IMG/VR virus record: IMGVR_UViG_3300032240_000659
Coordinates: 32,001-96,000 of that record
DNA length: 64,000 nucleotides
Source of the DNA: a virus
Reading direction: 5' to 3' (one strand)
Shown here: in pieces, positions 46,201-58,700 of the stretch
Layout of the letters: each line of letters begins with the position of its first letter
Position numbering within the stretch: the stretch's first letter is position 1
Position numbers and translations under genes: made by a program
Notes under the pieces: model-generated
What the model was told of the DNA's origin: nothing
Databases searched by the model: none
The model's input: only the letters and a program-made list of their open reading frames with translations

Positions 46201-46750
46201 TAAACCTCTTCCACCTAGTAGTGACGAATTATACAATATATTGTCTCCTGATTTAAATTTAATTAAATCTATTTCTGATGAGATTGTATATCATCCAGTT
46301 AGCTATAGCATTTTATTTGGACAGTCAGCTGATACTAATTTACAAGCTAGTTTTAAAGTAACTAAAGCACAGGGTCAGGTCATTTCAGATAATGATGTAA
46401 AGTCAAAGATCATTGTAGCAATTAATGAGTTCTTTGCTTTAGAAAATTGGGACTTTGGAGATACGTTTTATTTTACTGAACTATCTACATATGTAATGAA
46501 TCAACTTGCACCTAATATTTCTAATTTTGTAATTGTACCAAGACAAAGCGGATTAAACTTTGGCAGTTTATTTGAAATTAAATCAGCAAGTGATCAGTTG
46601 TTCATCAACGGTGCAACTGTTGATGATATTGAAATCATTTCTGGAATAACATCAACTAGTATTAAATCAGTAAGCGGCACAGCAGTAGACACTACAAGCT
46701 CAGCCCAACAAACAGTAACAAGTTCAACATACGGAGCAACAAATGGCTGA
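43292..46750 (+). CDS. gp6: Baseplate wedge protein, gp6-like (1152 aa)
   Basis: SYDFENLRRTMIDYI, DYIESSEYLALIDLIA, E.FLELAERRESVLRLARLISYN, FSDGTFG.LP and QNRMITGEDY. Confidence 0.85.
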   Translation: MSAIDRQNRLLVAEDWKKVYQSFRNADFQSYDFENLRRTMIDYIRQNYPEDFNDYIESSEYLALIDLIAFLGQSIAFRVDLNARENFLELAERRESVLRLARLISYNAKRNLAAKGLLKFTTVSTTQTVIDSNGRNLAGQVITWNDPSNSNWYDQFIKIVNAAMSTNQQFGNPSDKSTVYGIPTAQYRFEASNNDVPVYAFTKSIAGRQMTFEITSTTFKDQNYIYEESPKLGNKIACIYRDDGRGAASAGTGFFFNFTQGSLNQGVFTISQPSTNESVDVDSQGINNTDVWLYRLDKNGAETDEWTKVPSFEGNNVIYNSLNKKIRNIFNVLTRANDAISLQFSDGTFGNLPLGTFRTYYRISNGLSYTINTTDIRNVAISIPYVTQQGQLETLSITMSLASSVSNADTSETNTSIKQNAPQTYYTQNRMITGEDYNISPLSTSQKVLKVKAVNRTSSGISRYFDLIDPTGKYSSTNLFADDGLLYKETYTNSFKFSYVSKTDIEGVIYNNVYEVLKKPELKNFYYSNFISYVTLSLNVVWYNKTSDTTSSSGYIGSVVDPAIYKVGSATSTELKYFQPGALIKFSAPTGYYFDTTNYNKLVAGTPASLGASLTVWASVVSVETDGTASGTGVTLTGMGPIVLNQNIPSLCTIEQIIPKWRTVIDSSVRTAMTDLIFANKPFGLRYNASTQAWQIIFESNLNAYSQFSLGKQGDSTNTQQDSSWMLLFTTDNEYYTVTSREQRYVFESDKQIKFYFDNANKIYDSRSNEVVKDSINVLSINTKPDSVQSFTLDYKWEIISPYIGLDGYIDNKKIVVTFADTDDNGVVDDPELFLKIVDPATSPTSKYIVQEKYSISLGQEDYRYIDNSNNIVKVVLNETAIGPIGNYTNGQYFYIVDTDTVKQLNNQILTVTLDYKVYQGRDEIKFQYIHNSNYESRIDPSLSNIIDIFVLTKGYDTIFRQWLAGVISDKPLPPSSDELYNILSPDLNLIKSISDEIVYHPVSYSILFGQSADTNLQASFKVTKAQGQVISDNDVKSKIIVAINEFFALENWDFGDTFYFTELSTYVMNQLAPNISNFVIVPRQSGLNFGSLFEIKSASDQLFINGATVDDIEIISGITSTSIKSVSGTAVDTTSSAQQTVTSSTYGATNG

Positions 46751-49700
46751 TAGTATCAATCCATACGAAGGTAAGATAACCGCGTCTAATTTCCTTCCAC
46801 GATTTTATAAGACTGATACTAATAAAAAGTTTTTACAAGCTACGTTAGATCAATTAATTGTCAACGGAACTGTTAAAAAAGTTAACGGTTATATTGGAAG
46901 ACAAAATAGTAAAGCAACAGTTGGCTCTGATATATTTCTTAAGACTCCTACGACTACTCGTCAAAATTATCAGTTAGAACCAGGTATGGTTATTAAAGAT
47001 ACTTTAGGAAATACTACATTTTTTAAAGATTATCAAGATTATATTAATCAGTTAGGTGTATTTGGCGCCAACACAGATAACCATGCAAGAATAAACAAAC
47101 AAGAGTTTTATAGTTGGGATCCGCACATTAACTGGGATAAATTCATTGATTTTCAAAACTACTACTGGCTCCCATATGGACCTGACGTAATTAAAATTTA
47201 TGGCAAAGAGCAAGAAATTGCTAGCGAATATACTGTAGTGGTAGAATCAGAATTAGATAGTAATGAGTATTTGTTCACCCCTAATGGATTAACACGTAAT
47301 CCAACTCTTAAGTTATTTAGGGGCAAAACTTATACATTTGATATTAATAGTCCAGGTAATCCTTTTAGTTTTAAAACTACTAGAACAGCTGGGTCATTGG
47401 ATCGATATATCACTGAAACATTAAATGTTGCGGCAGTTGAAAAAGGTGTTATTACTTTTACTATTCCAGTTAATGCTCCTGATATTTTATATTATGTCAG
47501 TGAGACAGATATTAACCTCGGCGGAGTTATTCACATATTATCTGCAACTGAAAATTCTTATATTGATGTTGAATCAGAATTATTAGGTAAAAAAACTTAC
47601 ACGTTATCAACTGGTGTACAACTAAGCAATGGTATGAAGCTTCAGTTTGGCGGAAATGTTTTTCCTAAATCTTATGCATCTGATAAGTTTTATGTTGAAG
47701 GGGTTGGAACAGCAATTAAGTTAGTAAAAGAATCAACATTAAATTTTGTTAGTTCGTATACTGTTAGCAAATCAGTTCCTTTTGAGTCTGTTCCTTTTGA
47801 TCAAGGCCCATTTAGTAACACTACATCTTACGCAGGACATTTAGATTATATTGTTATTAATAGATCAAGTAAAGATCAAAATCCATGGAGCCGTCATAAT
47901 CGCTGGTTCCATAAAGATGTCATTAATGCTAGTGCTACATTTAACGGCAAAGTTGCAGAATACGATCAGTCTTTTAGAGCAGTTCGCCCCATCATTGAGT
48001 TTGAAGCTGATTTAAAATTATTTAATTACGGAACAATCGCGGTCGGCGATGTTGATTTAGTAGACACATTTACTAAAGATGTGTTTTCAACCGTCGAAGG
48101 GGCAGTTGGTTATAATATTGATAATTCTACAGTAGTAAATGGCCAACGAATTTTATTTACGGCTGACACAGACTCTAGGGTAAAAAATAAAATTTTTAAA
48201 GTTGAGTTTGTTACAGTAAATTCTCCTTCAGGTTCTCTAGTTCGACAAATTCATTTAGTTGAAGAAACTTTACCTGTTACTAATCAAGTTATATTAGTTA
48301 AACAGGGTTTAAAAAATTCAGGACAGTCTTATTGGTTTAATGGTAACACATGGAATTTAACACAGCAAAAAATTAAACCAAACCAAGCACCGTTGTTTGA
48401 TGTATTTGACTCGGACGGAGTTAGCTACGGTGATACAGTAACATATAACGGGTCTACATTTGCAGGTACTACTATTTTTTCTTATGCCGTTGGTACTTAT
48501 TACGATGACAAGCTAGGTTTTAATATTAAGTACAAAAATATTAATAACTTTGGTGATATTGTTTTTAATTTTGATCTATTGATGGACGAGTTTCAATATA
48601 AACAAAATACCGATGTTAACATTCAAAATATAAATGTTGGATACCTAGCTAAATCAGTAGACTTAACAACTGTTAACTATGTAAACGGCTGGCAATTAAA
48701 CTTATTAAAGACGGTGCAAGCAGCCGTAAGAATTTATAAAAATTCAAACTTAACTAACAATTTTTCAATTGATATTTTTGATGACATTACAAATTTAACA
48801 GATTTAGTTGTTAGGGTGTATGTTAATGGAATTAGGGTTGATAGTTCTAAATGGTCTGTAATAGATGCACCTACATACAAACAAGTTGTTTTTAATGCAC
48901 CTGTTGCCATTGACGATGTAGTTACAATTAAAACATTTGCAAGACAACCTATTAATAACAATGGGTATTATGAAATTCCTATCAACTTACAAAATAATCC
49001 TAAAAATGGACAAATTACAGAATTCACACTAGGCGAAGTTAGCGATCATGTAAACTCTATTGTGGATAACTTGTCTAATTTTACAGGAACATTTCCAGGC
49101 TCAAACAATTTAAGAGATCTTGGCAACATTACACCGTACGGAACTAAATTTGTACAGCATAGTGGCCCGTTTGGATTAAGTTTATATCACATTACTTCTG
49201 AAACTAATAATATTGTTAAATCGTTAGAAAAAGCAAGAGACGATTACAATAATTTTAAACGCAATTTTATTGCAGTGGCAAATAAGTTGGGGTTAGATGC
49301 TGACCCAGTTCGACAAGTAAATGAAATTTTAAAAATTATTAATAAAGATAAACCAAATACTGCACCTTATTACTTTAGTGATATGGTACCTTACGGTGCT
49401 TCTATTAAAAATACATATACTGTTGTTGATTACAGAATTAAAACATACCCACTTTCTACAACATTTAATTTAGATACATTATCAAACAAAGCCGTGTCTA
49501 TTTACTTAAATGGACTACAACCACCAACAGGCACACAGCTTTTATACGGTAAAGATTATACATTTGATAGTCAGGGGTTTTTTGTATTGTCAGATACTGT
49601 TCCTTTACAAAATGATGATACATTAACAGTAATTGAATTTGAAAGTACCGATGGTTGTTTTGTACCAGAAACTCCAACTAAATTAGGAATCTGGCCAAAA

Positions 49701-52700
49701 TATGAACCTAAAGTTTATGTTGATTCTAGTCTAGTGACACCGCGTACAATGATACAAGGCCACGACGGCAGTCAAGTTTTAGCCTATGGTGACTTTAGAG
49801 ATGATTTAATTATTGAATTAGAAAAACGCATTTTTAACAATATTAAAGTTGAATATAATTCGTCTATCTATGACATTTACGATATTGTTCCTAGTTATAA
49901 TAGAACAAATGATTACAGTATAACAGAATTTAACGAAGTGTTAGCTCCTAGTTTCTACAAGTGGACTGCTCTTGTTGACAGAGATTTTACAAAACCGTTA
50001 AGTTTTGATAGATATAATCCTCTTACATTTAATTATAGAGGGCATACAGCGCCTGACGGTAGAGAAGTTCCGGGTTATTGGAGAGGAATTTACAGATGGT
50101 TATATGATACCGACCGTCCAAATATTTGCCCATGGGAAATGTTAGGATTTACAATACAGCCAAGTTGGTGGGAACAATTATATGGACCTGCACCATATAC
50201 CCGAGATAATCTAGTCATGTGGCAAGATATTTCTAACGGACTAGTTAAAGAACCTGGAAAACCCCCAGTTAAATTAGAAAAATTTGCTAAACCATTTTTA
50301 ATGCAATGTATACCTGTTGACAGTAATGGTAGTATATTAAATCCTATTGAAGCAGGAGCCGCCACCGGCATTATTACAGCCGCCACCCAGGGAGATTTTG
50401 TATTTGGTGATGTAAGCCCAATAGAAGCAGCCTGGAGAAGAAGCAGTCATTATCCATTTAGTGTAATGCTTGCTTCTATGTTATTAACACCTGCAAAGAC
50501 ATTTGGTGTGCTTCTTGATAGATCTCGAATTGTTAGAAATCTTGCCAACCAGTTGATTTATAAAGACACTGGTATTCGTGTAACGCCCGCAGATATTAAA
50601 CTACCAAACTTGTTTTCAAGTTCATCGAGAGTACAAACATCAGGTATTATTAACTATCTTGTAAATTATATTTTAAGTGACACATTAAAATCATATGAAC
50701 AATATGTTTATGATTTAACTTATATTAATTTTAAACTAAGTTACAGAGTTGGCGGATTTACAAGTAAAGAAAAGTTTAATCTACTGCTTGATTCTAGAAG
50801 TCCAATGTCAACTGGTAGCGTATTTGTTCCGCAAGAAAATTATGATATTATTTTAAACAGCTCAAGTCCTGTTAAGAAAATTACATATAGCGGTGTGATT
50901 ATTACAAAAATGCAAGACGGTTTTGAAGTTAAAGGTTATACAAAAACTCGTCCGTATTTTAAATATTATCCATGGATAGAATCTGGTATCAATATCAATA
51001 TTGGCGGAATATCAGAAGCATTTGTATCCTGGACTAGCAGTCAAAAATATATTGCAGGAAAAATCGTAAAATATAGCAACAAATATTATAGAACACTAAC
51101 AACACATACTTCAACAAGTGTATTTGAACCAGCGTACTATCAATCGTTGTCATCATTACCAGTAGTTGGCGGAAAAAATGCATACTTAAGAAAAACTTGG
51201 GATAGGACAGATCCTATAACCGTTCCATTTGGTACCAAATTTAGAACAGTACAAGAAGTAGTAGATTTTCTTTTAGGTTACGGCGAGTATTTAAAAGACC
51301 AAGGATTTATATTTGATGATTTTAATAATGCATTAGCCCAGGTGACTAACTGGGAAACTAGTGCTAAAGAATTTTTATTCTGGACAACACAAAACTGGAG
51401 TTCAGGACAAGACAAGTGGGATGAGTGGTTACCAAACACTGCCACACCATACGAAGCAATTGTAAGATATAACGGAGATTATTACAGAGCTATTAAGTTG
51501 TCACAACCATCTCCGTTCTTTATAGAAGACGACTTTGTTAAATTAGATGGATTAAGTTCTATAGGTAGTAGTGTTATTACACTAAGTCCTGCAGCCGCAA
51601 AATTAACATTTAGTACAGTATACTGTGTAGTTGAGGACATTAAAAATCAATTTAACGGATATGAAATTTTTAAAGTTGACGGAACTCCTATCGCTCCTAC
51701 TTTTTTAAATTCTTATAGAGAAGACAATTCAGTTAGTTATACTCCACGTGGCGACGATGGTATATACGGTGCTAGTTTTTATCTAGTTCAACGAGAACAA
51801 GTTGTTGTTATTGATAATACTACAATGTTTAACGACATGTTATATAACTTAGAAAGCGGTTATAAGCAAGATAGAATTAAAGTTTCAGGTTATGTAAGTG
51901 TTGATTGGAAAGGATCTTTTGATGTTCCTGGGTTTATATTTGATCAAGCAAAAATTAACAATTGGGAATCTTGGCAAGATTATGCATTAGGTGATATTGT
52001 TAAACATAAAGAATTTTTTTATAGTGCTGGTAAATTTTTGCCAGGCACAGAATCTTTTATTGCAACAGACTGGGTTAAGTTAGATAAAACTCCAACACCT
52101 AAATTAATACCAAACTGGAATTATAAAGCAAGTCAATTTGAAGATTTTTATAGTTTAGATAGCGATAATTTTGATGTAGGACAACAAAAAATTGCACAAC
52201 ATTTAATTGGTTATCAGAAACGCCAATACCTTGAAAATATTATCCAAGATGATGTTAGTGAATTTAAATTTTATCAAGGCATGATTATTGAAAAAGGCAC
52301 ACAAAATGTTTTAAACAAACTGTTTGATGTGCTAAGTGCTGAAAATCAAGAAAGTTTAAAATTCTATGAAGAGTGGGCATTGCGTGTTGGACAATACGGT
52401 GCTAACGGTTCTTATGAAAATATTGAATTTATTATTAATGAAGCATTGTTTAAAAACAATCCTCAAGGATTTGAATTAGTTAATACTTTAAATTCAAAAG
52501 TAAATGATTTTGTAATACGTCAATTGCCGGCTGATGTATATTTAAAACCACTTGGCTATAATTCTTCTCCTTGGCCACAAAATAAAAATTACACTCCGTT
52601 TTTAAGAACTGCAGGGCATGTAAGAGCTGACGAAGTTCTTCTTACATTAAAGTCTCTTGATAGTATCATTTCTGCAGATATTTCTAAATTTAAAAATAGT

Positions 52701-55700
52701 GATTGTGTGTGGTGTACATTTGACGTTAATAGTTGGAATGTTTACAGATATACTAATACTGATTACAGAGTAACTAGTGTTAATTTTAGTAGTGCATCTA
52801 AACAATTAACTGTCGTAGTTGATAAGTTAATTAAAGAAGCCGCCGGAGATTATATTGGTCTTGATGGTCTTACTGGATACTCTGCTTTTTATAAAGTTAT
52901 TTCAGTTACATTAAATTCAATGATTTTATCTGGGCCAACAACGTTGCCTCCTGGTGAATTAACTGCTACAGGCAAAGCGGTTATTTCTAAATTTGTTTCT
53001 CAAAGAACTAGCTCTATTGATAATATTGATTCTATTGTTCCTAATAAGTTAGTACCAGGAGAGTTAGTATGGGTAGACGATGCCGGTGACGGTAAATGGG
53101 CTACTTTAAAATATAATCCAGTATATTCAAGAGTTGAAGTATCTTCACCGGCACCTCAAGCTGGATTAGGGTTTGGTAAAACAATAGCATCTGATTATAA
53201 AGGATCAATTTTAGCTACATCTACAAACAACGGTGAATTATTAATATATTTAAAATCTGGTACAATGACCCCCTGGGTACAGCGAAGTACTATATCTGTA
53301 CCTTACATTGCTTCAGGCTTTGATAACTCTTTAGTATCTACGGTATTAGCAATATCTCCAAATGGGCGTTGGTTAGTTACTGGTACACCGTTAGCATCTA
53401 ATTCTAAAACTTCTGTGATAAATGGATTAACTGTTGCAGTCTCCACAGGCACTACTTCCGTTTTTACTAACCACGGTGCAATTACAATATATGAAAAAGA
53501 TATTAATAACATCTATAATATTGTTGCTACTGTACTAAGCCCATCACCTGCATCAAATGAGTTATTTGGGTCTAGCATTGTTTTAAGCGATGTTAACATT
53601 TTAGTCGGCGCACCTGGTACAAATAAAGTATATAAATTAAATTTTGGAACAGCCTGGACATATGATGTTTTAAGTACGTTAACAGGTGCTACTGGGTTTG
53701 GCACAAATCTTTCTTTAAGTTTTGATGCATCTACTCTTGCAGTATCTGCAATTGGCCAAGTTACTGTTTATAAAGATGGACACAGTACTGTATTAAGTAA
53801 CGGATCATCTGCTTTTGGCACCAGTATTAGTTTATCATATACCGGCGACTTTATCGCTATATCCGATCCACTAGCAGATGGCAAACAAACAGATCAAGGT
53901 GCTGTTACAGTTTATGCCTACAATGGTACAACCTATACTGTAAAACAAACGTTGGTAAATTATAATCCAGAGACAGCAGAACTGTTTGGAACTACTGTAA
54001 AATTTATGAATGATTATAAAACATTAGTCGTTTATACCGCCAATGCCGATAGTGTTATAGATACAACATTTGATGCAGATCAAACTTTGCATCCCACAGA
54101 GTCTGGAAATTCAACAACATTAGATAGTAGTGCTACTACGATTATTACAAAAAAAATAAATGGCGGTAGGGTTGATATCTATGATTTATATTCAACTAAA
54201 TGGGTCTATAGCGAAAGTTTAGAAAATTTAGGCGATACTTCTGATAGATTTGCTCAAGGGCTTGCAGTATTTGCTAACGGTATATTAGTTGGTGCTCCGG
54301 CAACATATAATCAAAATTTAATTTCTGGCAAAGTATATTTTTATACAAAAGATATTAATACATATACTTGGTCTGTACTACATAAAGAAATTAATAAACC
54401 TGATGTGTTTAAAATTAAGAGAGCATTTATCTATAATAAACCAGCAAATAAATTGCTAACATATCTAGATGTAGTTGATCCAATTCAAGGAAAAATTCCT
54501 GGTATAGCTGAAAAAGAAATCAAATTTAAAACGTTTTATGATCCAGCAATATACTCTGTAGGATCTGCATCTGTTAATGTAGACGAAGGAATGGCGTGGT
54601 CGATAAATCAAGTAGGGGCCTTATGGTGGGATTTAAGAACTGCTAAATTTGTTAACAGTTATGATACTGATATTGTTTATAGAAATAGCACATGGAATAC
54701 TCTTGCTGTTGGAGCAAGCATTGATGTATATGAATGGGCACAGTCTAGTTTAAAACCGTCAGAGTGGGATGCACAAGCTGATACCGAAGCAGGAGTTGCA
54801 ATTGGTATTAGTGGTAAAACTCTCTACGGAGACACAGTTTATAGTACAAGTATTCGTTACGATTCTATTAGTAAATCAAAAAAAACAACATACTATTACT
54901 GGGTAAAAAATAAAAAAACAATACCTGCACTTCCTTTTAGAAATATGTCAGCACAAGATGTTGCAAACATTATTGCAAATCCACGAGGCGAAGGTTACAA
55001 GTATCTTGCTTTGACAGGTTTAAATTCTTTTAGTCTTGTTAATGTTAAGAGTTTACTAAGTGCAGAAGAAACAATTCTTTCAGTTGAATATTGGACTGTT
55101 GATAAAATTGATCAGAATGTTCATACACAATGGGCAATTATCAGTGAAGATTCCCCAACCTTGCCTGCAACTATTGAACAAAAATGGTTTGATAGTTTAT
55201 GCGGTAAAGACAGCTACGGAAGACAAGTTCCTGATATTACACTACCTATCAAATTAAGATATGGTGTTGAAAATCGCCCACGTCAAAGTATGTTTGTTAA
55301 TAGGTTTGAAGCATTGAAACAATTAGTTGAACAAGCTAATTTATTTTTAATAGAAAAGCAAATTGTAACAACTAGAAATATTTCAGCATTAAACAGATAT
55401 GACGCTGAACCAAAAATAGTTACAGTTGACGGTATTACTGATGTGCCTAGCGGGTTGTACGACAAAATAATTGATACTGATGCAGAATTAAATTATACAA
55501 ATTTTATTTCGTATCAAAAACCAAATCTAGAACCAATTATTGTTAATGGAAGAATCACCGGAGTCAATATTATTTCTAAAGGTGCTGGCTACATTTATGC
55601 TCCATACATTACAATTCATGGTTCGGGTGTAAATGCAAATATACGCACAATTATTAATGAACAAGGTCAAATTATTGGTGCTAATATTATTTCTAGCGGT

Positions 55701-58700
55701 ACTGGATATGACAGTAATACATTATTAATTGTTAGAGATTTTTCTGTATTAGTACATAGTGATAGTCAGGCTGCGGGCGCATGGAGCATTTACTCATACG
55801 ACCCTACAAACAACATATGGTCAAGAATTGTTTCTCAAACATACGATGTTAGAAACTACTGGAAAAAAGTTGATTGGTATGCAACTGGGTATAGCCAATT
55901 TACAGCAATTAATATTGCAGTCAACACGTTAGTTGATTTACAAGATACAGATATTAAAGTTGGAGAAGTTGTAAAAGTAAAAACAACAAATAACGGTACT
56001 TGGTTATTATTAGAAAAATACTCAAACATTGTATCAGTTGATTGGACTCTTTCTTATAAAGTAGTTGGGATTGAAAATGGAACAATACAACTGACATCTA
56101 ATCTTTATAAGTTTGTTGGCTCTAATGTTGGCTATGATGCTGTATTATATGACGGCGGTGTATTTGACAACGTAGCAGCCAATGAATTAAAAATTATTCT
56201 TAATGCTTTAAGAGACGATATACTAGTTGATGATTTAAAATCTCAATATTTAAATTTATTCTTTACTAGCGTAAGATATGCATTGAGTGAACAACTATAT
56301 ATTGATTGGATTTTTAAAACTAGTTTTGTAAAATCAAAACATTTAGTTGGAGATTTACATCAGGCAGTTACATTTAAAAATGATAACTTGTCAAATTTTG
56401 AAGATTATATTTCTGAAGTTACCCCTTACAGAACAAAAATTAGAGAATTTATAAGTTCATACACAAAAATAGATAATTCTCAATCTGTTGTAACAGATTT
56501 TGATTTACCACCTACCTATAATGCAGAAACAGATACAGTATCATCAATATTAACCTATACTTCAAATGCTGGAATAGAAGTAGGAGATTCTGCAATAAGA
56601 TCTTACCCATGGAAAAATTGGTTTGATAATGTTGGATTTAAAGTAACCGATATTAAAATAGTAGACGGCGGCACTGGCTATATTTCTCAACCAGTTGTTA
56701 AAATTGTTGGAACTTCTCGAACCCCGGCATCAGCTACGGCATATATTGCTAACGGAAAAGTTAACAGAGTTGTATTAGTAACTAGCGGTGATGGATATTT
56801 AAAAGCCCCTACAATTTTGCTTGATGGAGGATTATCATCATCGGGTATAGCTGGAAGGGCAGTAGCAATTATTTCCGATGGAACAACTCGCTCTTCATTA
56901 ATTAAAATGAAATTTGATAGAATAACTAGTACTTATTTTATTACACAGCTTCAAGAAACTGAAACATTTACCGGGATATATTCAAAAAAACAATTTCCAT
57001 TAACATGGGCACCAAATACAAGAATTGGACAATCATCTGTTACAATTAACGGTGTTGAGGTACTACGAGATGATTATACATTATCAATTGTTAAGTCTAC
57101 ATCTAGAGGATACACATCATATTCCGGCTCATTAATATTCAATACTGCACCTCTTGCAAATACGTCTATCTCTATAACATATTTGAAAGATTGGAGTTTG
57201 TTAAATGCAGCCGATCGAATTCAATATTATTATAATCCTACAACTGGGCAATTAGGTAAAGATTTATCACAATTAATGACAGGCATCGATTACGGTGGTG
57301 TTATTGTTAATAGTTTAGGATTTGATCTTAATTATGGTTGGGGTGCCGCTGGTTGGTATACTGATAGATGGGATAGCTATGATTCTGAATTTGATGATTA
57401 TATTAAAACAGTTGACGGCAGTACTCATAGTTTTACGTTACCATATGTGCCGGACTCTGGTACAGTTTTAAACATTTATTATTCTAAAGTAGGTACAACA
57501 TCTTTTGTACGGCTTGATGATCCGTATTATGGAACAGTAAATCAAACAAATGTCAATGCAATAATGATGCCCGTTATAGCAGACGGAACATTAGCAACGG
57601 TTACTATTCCTGGAACATTTGCTGTTAGTGCAGGCGATTCATTTATTATTAGAAAAATTACTAGTGATGGTTCTCTTAAATTTAATGAATTAGATTACGA
57701 TACGGCATTAAGTGGCGGAGAACTAGCTGAATACAGTTCTGCTACCGGGTTACGTGCTGATGATATTATAGTCGACGGCGACGAATTTAACAGCCAAATA
57801 ACAAATAGTGGTCCAGAGGAAGTTGTTCCTGGACAAGTAATTGACTCTGTTGCAATTAAAGTTTATGATCGACTAGCCTCCGGCTCTGCAAATATACATG
57901 TTGACAATTATTTTGCAAACGGTACAGATAAAATTTTTCCAATAACACAAACAATAAACAGCAACCAGGCTGCGTTTGTTAAAATTAATTCTGTTATTAA
58001 AAATTTAGTAGATGATTACTCTATTGATTATAAAAATAAATCAATTGTTTTTGTTAGTGCTCCTGCTGCCGGAAGTCTAGTGTCTATTTTTAGTTTTGGT
58101 TTTAGCGGTTCTAATATTTTAGATGTTGATTATTTTATTGCTGACGGTGTTTCAGCAGAATTTATTACTAAGGCACCTTGGGTTTCTTCTGTAAAATCTT
58201 TAGTTTATATAAACGGAATACCAGTCAATGTTGTATTGTTTAAAACAGATAATACATACGATACGTATAATCGAATTGGAATTAGATTCTCTCAAGTACC
58301 AGTAGTGGGAGATGTAATTAATTTTATTATTGTTAGCGGATCAGAACAAACATTTTCTATTACTAAAACTGAAAAAATTTCAGCTAACGGTAGTTTAACA
58401 TATATTTTACAAAATCAAATAGGCAACACATTGCCTGCAGAAGCTAACATGATTGTTAGAGTTAATCAAACAATTCTTAAAGGTCCGGACACTAGTTATT
58501 TTACTATTAAGAGTAATAGATTAAATTATCAACTACATCCAGTTAGGTTTCCTAAACTAGGAGTTGATGCTAATCGTATTACTGTGTATGCTGCCGGAGA
58601 ATTACTAGCAGTTGGTTACGATTATATTGTAGATTTAACAGGTATTACTATAAAAATTAATAAAAATACATATGCCAAGTATTCTGGAAAAACACTATCA